Shown: piece after piece, positions 40,401 through 53,200 of the stretch | Numbering within the stretch: the first letter of the stretch is position 1 | Layout of the letters: each line of letters starts with the position of its first letter | Assembly: GCA_040954595.2 (NCBI GenBank) | Contig: CM082579.2 | Location: 14,296,450-14,360,449 of the forward strand | DNA length: 64,000 bases | DNA from: Balanoglossus misakiensis | Taxonomy: Eukaryota; Animalia; Hemichordata | Direction of reading: 5' to 3' | Made by a program: the position numbers and the translations under genes | The notes under the pieces: model-generated | Seen by the model: the letters and a program-made list of their open reading frames with translations, nothing else | The model's database searches: none | What the model was told of the DNA's origin: nothing

Positions 40401-43400
40401 ATTGGTGAAAATCATCAAAAAATGACAAATTTTCGTCTTTGCAAAATCTCAAAATTTCGTCCATTTTTGAAAAAAAATCATGGGTAAAAATCATCAAAAA
40501 TGACAAATTTTCGTCTTTGCAAAATCTCAAATTTTCGTCGATTTTTGAAAAAAATCATGGGGGAAAATCATGAAAAAATGACAAATTTTCCTCTTTGCAA
40601 AATCTCAAAATTTCGTCGATTTTTGAAAAAAATCATGGGTGAAAATCATGAAAAAATGACAAATTTTCCTCTTTGCAAAATCTCAAAATTTCGTCGTTTT
40701 TTGAAAAAAAATCATGGGTGAAAATCATCAAAAAATGACAAATTTTCGTCTTTGCAAAATCTCAAAATTTCGTCCATTTTAGAAAAAAAATCATGGGTAA
40801 AAATCATCGAAAATGACAAATTTTCGTCTTTGCAAAATCTCAAATTTTCGTCGATTTTTGAAAAAAATCATGGGGGAAAATCATGAAAAAATGACAAGTT
40901 TTGAAAAAAAAAACTGGTGAAAATCATCAAAAAATGACACATTTACGACTTTGCAAAATCTCAAAATTTCGTCGATTTTTGAAAAAAAATCATGGGTGAA
41001 AATCATCAAAAAATGACAAATTTTCGTCTTTGCAAAATCTCAAAATTTCGTCCATTTTTGAAAAAAAATCATGGGTAAAAATCATCAAAAATGACAAATT
41101 TTCGTCTTTGCAAAATCTCAAATTTTCGTCGATTTTTGAAAAAAAATCATGGTTGAAAATCATCAAAAAATGACAAAATTTTCGACTTTGTAAAATCACA
41201 AAATTTCGTCGATTTTTGAAAAAAATCATGGGGGAAAATCATGAAAAAATGACAAATTTTCCTCTTTGCAAAATCTCAAAATTTCGTCCATTTTTGAAAA
41301 AAAATCATGGGTAAAAATCATCAAAAATGACAAATTTTCGTCTTTGCAAAATCTCAAATTTTCGTCGATTTTTGAAAAAAATCATGGGGGAAAATCATGA
41401 AAAAATGACAAATTTTGAAAAAAAAAAACTGGTGAAAATCATCAAAAAATGACACATTTACGACTTTGCAAAATCTCAAAATTTCGTCGATTTTTGAAAA
41501 AAAATCATGGGTGAAAATCATCAAAAAATGACAAATTTTCGTCTTTGCAAAATCTCAAAATTTCGTCCATTTTTGAAAAAAAATCATGGGTAAAAATCAT
41601 CAAAAATGACAAATTTTCGTCTTTGCAAAATCTCAAATTTTCGTCGATTTTTGAAAAAAAATCATGGTTGAAAATCATCAAAAAATGACAAAATTTTCGA
41701 CTTTGTAAAATCACAAAATTTCGTCGATTTTTGAAAAAAATCATGGGGGAAAATCATGAAAAAATGACAAATTTTCCTCTTTGCAAAATCTCAAAATTTC
41801 GTCGATTTTTGAAAAAAAATCATGGGTGAAAATCATCAAAAAATGACAAATTTTCGTCTTTGCAAAATCTCAAAATTTCGTCCATTTTTGAAAAAAAATC
41901 ATGGGTAAAAATCATCAAAAATGACAAATTTTCGTCTTTGCAAAATCTCAAATTTTCGTTGATTTTTGAAAAAAAATCATGGTTGAAAATCATCAAAAAA
42001 TGACAAAATTTTCGACTTTGTAAAATCACAAAATTTCGTCGATTTTTGAAAAAAATCATGGGGGAAAATCATGAAAAAATGACAAATTTTCCTCTTTGCA
42101 AAATCTCAAAATTTCGTCGATTTTTGAAAAAAAATCATGGGTGAAAATCATCAAAAATGACAAATTTTCGTCTTTGCAAAATCTCAAATTTTCGTCGATT
42201 TTTGAAAAAAAATCATGGTTGAAAATCATCAAAAAATGACAAAATTTTCGACTTTGTAAAATCACAAAATTTCGTCGATTTTGAAAAAAATCATAGGTTC
42301 GTCGATTTTTTAAAAAAAAAACATGGGTGAAAATCATCAAAAAATGACAAATTTTGAAAAAAAACGGGTGAAAATCATCAAAAAATGACACATTTTCGTC
42401 GACTTTGCAAAATCTCAAAATTTCGTCGATTTTTGAAAAAAATCATGGGGGAAAATCATGAAAAAATGACAAATTTTCCTCTTTGCAAAATCTCAAAATT
42501 TCGTCGATTTTTAAAAAAAGACATGGGTGAAAATCATCAAAAAATAACAAATTTTCGACTTTGCAAAACCTCAAAATTTCGTCCATTTTTGAAAAAAAAT
42601 CATGGGTAAAAATCATCAAAAAATGACAAATTTTCGTCTTTGCAAAATCTCACAATTTCGTCGATTTTTGAAAAAAATCATGTGTGAAAATCATCAAAAA
42701 ATGACAAATTTTCGACTTTGCAAAATCTCAAAATTTCGTCAATTTTTGAAAAAATCATGGGTGAAAATCATCAAAAAATAACAAATTTTCGTCTTTGCAA
42801 AATCTCAAAATTTCGTCCATTTTTGAAAAAAAAATCATGGGTAAAAATCATCAAAAATGACAAATTTTCGTCTTTGCAAAATCTCAAATTTTCGTCGATT
42901 TTTGAAAAAAAATCATGGTTGAAAATCATCAAAAAATGACAAAATTTTCGACTTTGTAAAATCACAAAATTTCGTCGATTTTTGAAAAAAATCATGGGGG
43001 AAAATCATGAAAAAATGACAAATTTTCCTCTTTGCAAAATCTCAAAATTTCGTCCATTTTTGAAAAAAAATCATGGGTAAAAATCATCAAAAATGACAAA
43101 TTTTTGTCTTTGCAAAATCTCAAATTTTCGTCGATTTTTGAAAAAAAATCATGGTTGAAAATCATCAAAAATGACAAAATTTTCGACTTTGTAAAATCAC
43201 AAAATTTCGTCGATTTTGAAAAAAATCATAGGTTCGTCGATTTTTTAAAAAAAAAACATGGGTGAAAATCATCAAAAAATGACAAATTTTGAAAAAAAAC
43301 GGGTGAAAATCATCAAAAAATGACACATTTTCGTCGACTTTGCAAAATCTCAAAATTTCGTCGATTTTTGAAAAAAATCATGGGGGAAAATCATGAAAAA

Positions 43401-43700
43401 ATGACAAATTTTCCTCTTTGCAAAATCTCAAAATTTCGTCGATTTTTAAAAAAAGACATGGGTGAAAATCATCAAAAAATAACAAATTTTCGACTTTGCA
43501 AAACCTCAAAATTTCGTCCATTTTTGAAAAAAAATCATGGGTAAAAATCATCAAAAAATGACAAATTTTCGTCTTTGCAAAATCTCACAATTTCGTCGAT
43601 TTTTGAAAAAAATCATGTGTTAAAATCATCAAAAAATGACAAATTTTCGACTTTGCAAAATCTCAAAATTTCGTCAATTTTTGAAAAAATCATGGGTGAA
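22450..43700 (+). repeat. Satellite domain II (nested duplications offset by 4233, 2513, 2819, 8189, 7628 and 10140 bp)
   Basis: Markers are AATTTGGTCG (~22886, 27119, 28564, 29937, 31077, 37259, 38702), AATTCTCC, TCACTGGTG, CATGGTTAAAAA, CCTATTTGC, CATTTTAGAAA and ATAACCAA. Example ORF pairs: 22671/26904, 27861/30374, 26904/29723, 25173/33362, 32872/40500, 26904/37044. Confidence 0.88.
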
Positions 43701-46700
43701 AATCATCAAAAAATAACAAATTTTCGTCTTTGCAAAATCTCAAAATTTCGTCCATTTAAAAAAAAAAACATAGGGGAAAATCATCAAAAAATGACAAATT
43801 TTCGACTTTGCAAAATCTCAAAATTTCGTCGATTTTTGAAAAAAATCATGGGTGAAAATCATCAAAAAATGACAAATTTTCGACTTTGCAAAATCTCAAA
43901 ATTTCGTCAATTTTTGAAAAAAATCATGGGAGAAAATCATCAAAAAATGACAAATTTTGAAAAAAAAAAAAAACGGGTGAAAATCATCAAAAAATGACAC
44001 ATTTTCCTCTGCAAAATCTCAAAATTTCGTCGTTTTTTGAAAAAAAATCATTGGTGAAAATAATCAAAAAATGACAAATTTTTGTCTTTGCAAAATCTCA
44101 AAATTTCGTCCATTTTTGAAAAAAAATCATGGGTAAAAATCATCAAAAATGACAAATTTTCGTCTTTGCAAAATCTCAAATTTTCGTCGATTTTTGAAAA
44201 AAATCATGGGGGAAAATCATGAAAAAATGACAAATTTTGAAAAAAAAAAACTGGTGAAAATCATCAAAAAATGACACATTTACGACTTTGCAAAATCTCA
44301 AAATTTCGTCGATTTTTGAAAAAAAATCATGGGTGAAAATCATCAAAAAATGACAAATTTTCGTCTTTGCAAAATCTCAAAATTTCGTCCATTTTTGAAA
44401 AAAAATCATGGGTAAAAATCATCAAAAATGACAAATTTTCGTCTTTGCAAAATCTCAAATTTTCGTCGATTTTTGAAAAAAAATCATGGTTGAAAATCAT
44501 CAAAAAATGACAAAATTTTCGACTTTGTAAAATCACAAAATTTCGTCGATTTTTGAAAAAAATCATGGGGGAAAATCATGAAAAAATGACAAATTTTCCT
44601 CTTTGCAAAATCTCAAAATTTCGTCGATTTTTGAAAAAAAATCATGGGTGAAAATCATCAAAAAATGACAAATTTTCGTCTTTGCAAAATCTCAAAATTT
44701 CGTCCATTTTTGAAAAAAAATCATGGGTAAAAATCATCAAAAATGACAAATTTTCGTCTTTGCAAAATCTCAAATTTTCGTCGATTTTTGAAAAAAAATC
44801 ATGGTTGAAAATCATCAAAAAATGACAAAATTTTCGACTTTGTAAAATCACAAAATTTCGTCGATTTTTGAAAAAAATCATGGGGGAAAATCATGAAAAA
44901 ATGACAAATTTTCCTCTTTGCAAAATCTCAAAATTTCGTCGATTTTTGAAAAAAAATCATGGGTGAAAATCATCAAAAAATGACAAATTTTCGTCTTTGC
45001 AAAATCTCAAAATTTCGTCCATTTTTGAAAAAAAATCATGGGTAAAAATCATCAAAAATGACAAATTTTCGTCTTTGCAAAATCTCAAATTTTCGTCGAT
45101 TTTTGAAAAAAAATCATGGTTGAAAATCATCAAAAAATGACAAAATTTTCGACTTTGTAAAATCACAAAATTTCGTCGATTTTGAAAAAAATCATAGGTT
45201 CGTCGATTTTTAAAAAAAAAAACATGAGTGAAAATCATCAAAAAATGACAAATTTTGAAAAAAAAAAAGTTGAAAATCATCAAAAAATGACACATTTTAG
45301 TCGACTTTGCAAAATCTCAAAATTTCGTCGATTTTTGAAAAAAATCATGGGGGAAAATCATGAAAAAATGACAAATTTTCCTCTTTGCAAAATCTCAAAA
45401 TTTCGTCGATTTTTGAAAAAAAATCATGGGTGAAAATCATCAAAAAATGACAAATTTTCGTCTTTGCAAAATCTCAAAATTTCGTCCATTTTTGAAAAAA
45501 AATCATGGGTAAAAATCATCAAAAATGACAAATTTTCGTCTTTGCAAAATCTCAAATTTTCGTCGATTTTTGAAAAAAATCATGGGGGAAAATCATGAAA
45601 AAATGACAAATTTTCGTCTTTGCAATATCTCAAAATTTCGTCCATTTTTGAAAAAAAATCATGGGTAAAAATCATCAAAAATGACAAATTTTCGTCTTTG
45701 CAAAATCTCAAATTTTCGTCGATTTTTGAAAAAAATCATGGGGGAAAATCATGAAAAAATGACAAATTTTGAAAAAAAAAACTGGTGAAAATCATCAAAA
45801 AATGACACATTTACGACTTTGCAAAATCTCAAAATTTCGTCGATTTTTGAAAAAAAATCATGGGTGAAAATCATCAAAAAATGACAAATTTTCGTCTTTG
45901 CAAAATCTCAAAATTTCGTCCATTTTTGAAAAAAAATCATGGGTAAAAATCATCAAAAATGACAAATTTTCGTCTTTGCAAAATCTCAAATTTTCGTCGA
46001 TTTTTGAAAAAAAATCATGGTTGAAAATCATCAAAAAATGACAAAATTTTCGACTTTGTAAAATCACAAAATTTCGTCGATTTTTGAAAAAAATCATAGG
46101 GGAAAATCATGAAAAAATGACAAATTTTCGTCTTTGCAAAATCTCAAAATTTCGTCCATTTTTGAAAAAAAATCATGGGTAAAAATCATCAAAAATGACA
46201 AATTTTCGTCTTTGCAAAATCTCAAATTTTCGTCGATTTTTGAAAAAAATCATGGGGGAAAATCATGAAAAAATGACAAATTTTCGTCTTTGCAATATCT
46301 CAAAATTTCGTCCATTTTTGAAAAAAAATCATGGGTAAAAATCATCAAAAATGACAAATTTTCGTCTTTGCAAAATCTCAAATTTTCGTCGATTTTTGAA
46401 AAAAATCATGGGGGAAAATCATGAAAAAATGACAAATTTTGAAAAAAAAAACTGGTGAAAATCATCAAAAAATGACACATTTACGACTTTGCAAAATCTC
46501 AAAATTTCGTCGATTTTTGAAAAAAAATCATGGGTGAAAATCATCAAAAAATGACAAATTTTCGTCTTTGCAAAATCTCAAAATTTCGTCCATTTTTGAA
46601 AAAAAATCATGGGTAAAAATCATCAAAAATGACAAATTTTCGTCTTTGCAAAATCTCAAATTTTCGTCGATTTTTGAAAAAAAATCATGGTTGAAAATCA

Positions 46701-49700
46701 TCAAAAAATGACAAAATTTTCGACTTTGTAAAATCACAAAATTTCGTCGATTTTTGAAAAAAATCATAGGGGAAAATCATGAAAAAATGACAAATTTTCC
46801 TCTTTGTAAAATCACAAAATTTCGTCGATTTTGAAAAAAATCATAGGTTCGTCGATTTTTAAAAAAAAAAACATGAGTGAAAATCATCAAAAAATGACAA
46901 ATTTTGAAAAAAAACGGTTGAAAATCATCAAAAAATGACACATTTTAGTCGACTTTGCAAAATCTCAAAATTTCGTCGATTTTTGAAAAAAATCATGGGG
47001 GAAAATCATGAAAAAATGACAAATTTTCCTCTTTGCAAAATCTCAAAATTTCGTCGATTTTTGAAAAAAAATCATGGGTGAAAATCATCAAAAAATGACA
47101 AATTTTCGTCTTTGCAAAATCTCAAAATTTCGTCCATTTTTGAAAAAAAATCATGGGTAAAAATCATCAAAAATGACAAATTTTCGTCTTTGCAAAATCT
47201 CAAATTTTCGTCGATTTTTGAAAAAAAATCATGGTTGAAAATCATCAAAAAATGACAAAATTTTCGACTTTGTAAAATCACAAAATTTCGTCGATTTTGA
47301 AAAAAATCATAGGTTCGTCGATTTTTAAAAAAAAATCATGGGTGAAAATCATCAAAAAATGACAAATTTTCGTCTTTGCAAAATCTCAAAATTTCGTCCA
47401 TTTTTGAAAAAAAATCATGGGTAAAAATCATCAAAAATGACAAATTTTCGTCTTTGCAAAATCTCAAATTTTCGTCGATTTTTGAAAAAAAATCATGGTT
47501 GAAAATCATCAAAAAATGACAAAATTTTCGACTTTGTAAAATCACAAAATTTCGTCGATTTTGAAAAAAAATCATAGGTTCGTCGATTTTTAAAAAAAAA
47601 AACATGAGTGAAAATCATCAAAAAATGACAAATTTTGAAAAAAAACGGTTGAAAATCATCAAAAAATGACACATTTTAGTCGACTTTGCAAAATCTCAAA
47701 ATTTCGTCGATTTTTGAAAAAAATCATGGGGGAAAATCATGAAAAAATGACAAATTTTCCTCTTTGCAAAATCTCAAAATTTCGTCGATTTTTGAAAAAA
47801 AATCATGGGTGAAAATCATCAAAAAATGACAAATTTTCGTCTTTGCAAAATCTCAAAATTTCGTCCATTTTTGAAAAAAAATCGGGTAAAAATCATCAAA
47901 AATGACAAATTTTCGTCTTTGCAAAATCTCAAATTTTCGTCGATTTTTGAAAAAAAATCATGGTTGAAAATCATCAAAAAATGACAAAATTTTCGACTTT
48001 GTAAAATCACAAAATTTCGTCGATTTTTGAAAAAAATCATAGGGGAAAATCATGAAAAAATGACAAATTTTCCTCTTTGCAAAATCTCAAAATTTCGTCG
48101 ATTTTTGAAAAAAAATCATGGGTGAAAATCATCAAAAAATGACAAATTTTCGTCTTTGCAAAATCTCAAAATTTCGTCCATTTTTGAAAAAAAATCATGG
48201 GTAAAAATCATCAAAAATGACAAATTTTCGTCTTTGCAAAATCTCAAATTTTCGTCGATTTTTGAAAAAAAATCATGGTTGAAAATCATCAAAAAATGAC
48301 AAAATTTTCGACTTTGTAAAATCACAAAATTTCGTCGATTTTGAAAAAAATCATAGGTTCGTCGATTTTTAAAAAAAAAAACATGAGTGAAAATCATCAA
48401 AAAATGACAAATTTTGAAAAAAAACGGTTGAAAATCATCAAAAAATGACACATTTTAGTCGACTTTGCAAAATCTCAAAATTTCGTCGATTTTTGAAAAA
48501 AATCATGGGGGAAAATCATGAAAAAATGACAAATTTTCCTCTTTGCAAAATCTCAAAATTTCGTCGATTTTTGAAAAAAAATCATGGGTGAAAATCATCA
48601 AAAAATGACAAATTTTCGTCTTTGCAAAATCTCAAAATTTCGTCCATTTTTGAAAAAAAATCATGGGTAAAAATCATCAAAAATGACAAATTTTCGTCTT
48701 TGCAAAATCTCAAATTTTCGTCGATTTTTGAAAAAAAATCATGGTTGAAAATCATCAAAAAATGACAAAATTTTCGACTTTGTAAAATCACAAAATTTCG
48801 TCGATTTTGAAAAAAATCATAGGTTCGTCGATTTAAAAAAAAAAAAAACATGAGTGAAAATCATCAAAAAATGACAAATTTTGAAAAAAAACGGTTGAAA
48901 ATCATCAAAAAATGACACATTTTAGTCGACTTTGCAAAATCTCAAAATTTCGTCGATTTTTGAAAAAAATCATGGGGGAAAATCATGAAAAAATGACAAA
49001 TTTTCCTCTTTGCAAAATCTCAAAATTTCGTCGATTTTTAAAAAAAAGACATGGGTGAAAATCATCAAAAAATGACAAATTTTCGTCTTTGCAAAATCTA
49101 ACAATTTCGTCGATTTTTGAAAAAAATCATGTGTGAAAATCATCAAAAAATGACAAATTTTCGACTTTGCAAAACCTCAAAATTTCGTCCATTTTTGAAA
49201 AAAAATCATGGGTAAAAATCATCAAAAAATGACAAATTTTCGTCTTTGCAAAATCTCACAATTTCGTCGATTTTTGAAAAAAATCATGTGTGAAAATCAT
49301 CAAAAAATGACAAATTTTCGACTTTGCAAAATCTCAAAATTTCGTAAATTTTTGAAAAAATCATGGGTGAAAATCATCAAAAAATAACAAATTTTCGTCT
49401 TTGCAAAATCTCAAAATTTCGTCCATTTAAAAAAAAAAACATGGGGGAAAATCATCAAAAAATGACAAATTTTCGACTTTGCAAAATCTCAAAATTTCGT
49501 CAATTTTTGAAAAAAATCATGGGAGAAAATCATCAAAAAATGACAAATTTTGAAAAAAAAAACGGGTGAAAATCATCAAAAAATGACACATTTTCCTCTG
49601 CAAAATCTCAAAATTTCGTCGTTTTTTGAAAAAAAATCATTGGTGAAAATCATCAAAAAATGACAAATTTTCGTCTTTGCAAAATCTCAAAATTTCGTCC

Positions 49701-50200
49701 ATTTTTGAAAAAAAATCATGGGTAAAAATCATCAAAAATGACAAATTTTCGTCTTTGCAAAATCTCAAATTTTCGTCGAATTTTGAAAAAAATCATGGGG
49801 GCAGATTTTTGAAAAAAATCATGGGGGAAAATCATGAAAAAATGACAAATTTTCCTCTTTGCAAAATCTCAAAATTTCGTCGATTTTTGAAAAAAATCAT
49901 GGGTGAAAATCATGAAAAAATGACAAATTTTCCTCTTTGCAAAATCTCAAAATTTCGTCGTTTTTTGAAAAAAAATCATGGGTGAAAATCATCAAAAAAT
50001 GACAAATTTTCGTCTTTGCAAAATCTCAAAATTTCGTCCATTTTTGAAAAAAAATCATGGGTAAAAATCATCAAAAATGACAAATTTTCGTCTTTGCAAA
50101 ATCTCAAATTTTCGTCGATTTTTGAAAAAAAATCATGGTTGAAAATCATCAAAAAATGACAAAATTTTCGACTTTGTAAAATCACAAAATTTCGTCGATT
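43700..50200 (+). repeat. Satellite domain III (simple short HORs of 315, 466 and 670 bp)
   Basis: Markers are CATGAGTG (~45223, 46872, 47603, 48382, 48849), TTTTAGTCGAC, ACGGTTG and GCAATATC. ORF spacings are 44327/44642/44957 (315), 45858/46528 (670) and 48116/48582 (466). Confidence 0.82.
44327..45190 (+). repeat. 315-bp tetramer HOR (A-B-C-D), almost three direct copies
   Basis: A = GGGTG..CGTC..GTCCA; B = GGGTA..CAAAAATG..CAAATTTT; C = GGTTG..GACAAAATTTTCGACTTTGTAAAATCAC; D = GGGGG..CATGA..CCTC. The same 315-bp spacing occurs at 915/1230, 25687/26002, 33876/34191 and 41505/41820. Confidence 0.92.
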
Positions 50201-53200
50201 TTTGAAAAAAAATCATGGTTGAAAATCATCAAAAAATGACAAAATTTTCGACTTTGCAAAATCACAAAATTTCGTCGATTTTTGAAAAAAATCATGGGTG
50301 AAAATCATGAAAAAATGACAAATTTTGAAAAAAAAACGGGTGAAAATCATCAAAAAATGACACATTTTTGACTTTGCAAAATCTCAAAATTTCGTCGATT
50401 TTTGAAAAAAATCATGGTTGAAAATCATCAAAAAATGACAAAATTTTCGACTTTGCAAAATCTCAACATTTCGTCGATTTTTGAAAAAAATCATGGGTGA
50501 AAATCATCAAAAAATGACAAATTTTCGACTTTGCAAAATCTCAACATTTCGTCGATTTTTGAAAAAAATCATGGGTGAAAATCATCAAAAAATGACAAAT
50601 TTTCGACTTTGCAAAATCTCAAAATTTCGTCGATTTTTGAAAAAAAATCATGGGTGAAAATCATCAAAAAATGACAAATTTTGAAAAAAAACGGGTGAAA
50701 ATCATCAAAAAATGACACATTTTCGACTTTGCAAAATCTCAAAATTTCGTCGATTTTTGAAAAAAAATCATGGGTGAAAATCATCAAAAAATGACAAATT
50801 TTCGTCTTTGCAAAATCTCAAAATTTCGTCCATTTTTGAAAAAAAATCATGGGGGAAAATCATCAAAAAATGACAAATTTTCGACTTTGCAAAATCTCAA
50901 AATTTCGTCGATTTTGAAAAAAACCATTGGGGGAAAATCTTTAAAAAATGACAAATTTTCGATTTTGCAAAATCTCAAAATTTCGTCGATTTTTGAAAAA
51001 AAATCATGGTTGAAAATCATCAAAAAATGACAAAATTTTCGACTTTGCAAAATCACAAAATTTCGTCGATTTTGAAAAAAAATCATAGGTTCGTCGATTA
51101 AAAAAAAAAAAACATGGGTGAAAATCATCAAAAAATGACACATTTTCGACTTTGCAAAATCTCAAAATTTCGTCGATTTTTGAAAAAAATCATGGGTGAA
51201 AATCATCAAAAAATGACAAATTTTCGACTTTGCAAAATCTCAAAATTTCGTCGATTTTTGAAAAAAATCATGGGGGAAAATCATCAAAAAATTACAAATT
51301 TTCGACTGCAAAATCTCAAAATTTCGTCGATTTTTGAAAAAATCATGGGTGAAAATCATGAAAAAATGACAAATTTTCGACTTTGCAAAATCTGAAAATT
51401 TCGTCGATTTTTGAAAAAAATCATGGGGGAAAATGATCAAAAAATGACAAATTTTCGACTGCAAAATCTCAAAATTTCGTCAATTTTGAAAAAAATCATG
51501 GGTGAAAATCATCAAAAAATGACAATTTTTTTACTGCAAAATCTCAAAATTTCATCGATTTTTGAAAAAAATCATGGGTGAAAATCATCAAAAAATGATA
51601 AATTTTCGACTTTGCAAAATCTCAAAATTTCGTCGATTTTTGAAGAAAATCAAGGGTGAAAATCATCAAAAAATGACAAATTTTCGACTTTGCAAAATCT
51701 CAAAATTTCGTCGATTTTTGAAAAAAATCATGGGGAAAATGATCAAAAAATGACAAATTTTCGACTGCAAAAACTCAAAATTTCGTCAATTTTGAAAAAA
51801 ATCATGGGTGAAAATCATCAAAAAATAACAAATTACCTCTTTGCAAAATCTATAAATTTCATCGATTTTTGAAAAATTTTCAACTTTGCAAAATCTCAAA
51901 ATTTCGTCGATTTTTGAAAAAAATCATGGGAGAAAATCATCAAAAAATGACAAATTTTTGACTGAAAAATCTCAAATTTTCGTCGATTTTTAAAAAAAAA
52001 TTGTTGAAAATCATCAAAAAATGACAAATTTTTGACTTTGCAAAATCTCAAAATTTCGTCAATTTTGAAAAAAATCATGGGTGAAAATCATCAAAAAATG
52101 ACAAATTTTCGACTTTGCAAAATCTCAAATTTTCGTTGATTTTTGAAAAAAATCATGGGGGAAAATGATCAAAAAATGACAAATTTTTGACTGCAAAATT
52201 TCAAAATTTCGTCAATTTTGAAAAAATCATGGGTGAAAATCATCAATTTATGACAAATTTTCGACTGCAAAAACTCAAAATTTCATCTATTTTGAAAAAA
52301 ATCATGGGTGAAAATCATCAAAAAATGACAAATTTTCCTCTTTGCAAAATCTATAAATTTCGTCGATTTTTGAAAAATTTTCAACTTTGCAAAATCTCAA
52401 AATTTCGTCGATTTTTGAAAAAAATCATGGGGGAAAATCATCAAAAAATGACAAATTTTCGACTGCAAAATCTCAAAATTTCGTCGATTTTTGAAATAAA
52501 TCATTGTTGAAAATTATCATAAATTGACAAATTTTCCTTTTTGCAAAATCTCAAAATTTCGTCGATTTTTTGAAAAAAGACGGGTGAAAATCATCTAAAA
52601 ATGACAAATTTTCGACTTTGCAAAATCTCAAAATTTCGTTGATTTTTGAAAAAAATCATGGGGGAAAATCATCAAAAATGACAAATTTACGACTACAAAA
52701 TCTCAAAATTTCGTCGATTTGTGAAAAAAAATCATGGGTGAAAATCATCAAAAAATGACAAATTTTTGACTTTTATCAATCTCAAAATTTCGTCAATTTT
52801 GAAAAAAAACATGGGTGAAAATCATCAAAAAATGACAAATTTTCGACTTTGCAAAATCTGAAAATTTCATCGATTTTTGAAAAAATCATGGGTGAAAATC
52901 ATGAAAAAATGACAAATTTTCGACTTTGCAAAATCTCAAAATTTCGTCGATTTTTGAAGAAAATCATGGGTGAAAATCATCAAAAAATGACAAATTTTCG
53001 ACTTTGCAAAATCTCAAAATTTCGTCGATTTTTGAAAAAAATCATGGGGGAAAATCATCAAAAAATTACAAATTTTCGACGGCAAAATCTCAAAATTTCG
53101 TCGATTTTTGACAAAATCTTGGGTGAAAATCATGAAAAAATGACAAATTTTCGACTTTGCAAAATCTGAAAATTTCGTCGATTTTTGAAAAAAATCATGG

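Noticed and set aside
43955-43980. Long A-runs (up to ~14) as retroelement poly(A) tails or terminators
   Set aside because: They are expansions of the monomer's own A-tract, with no element body or target-site duplication. Their lengths are also error-prone.
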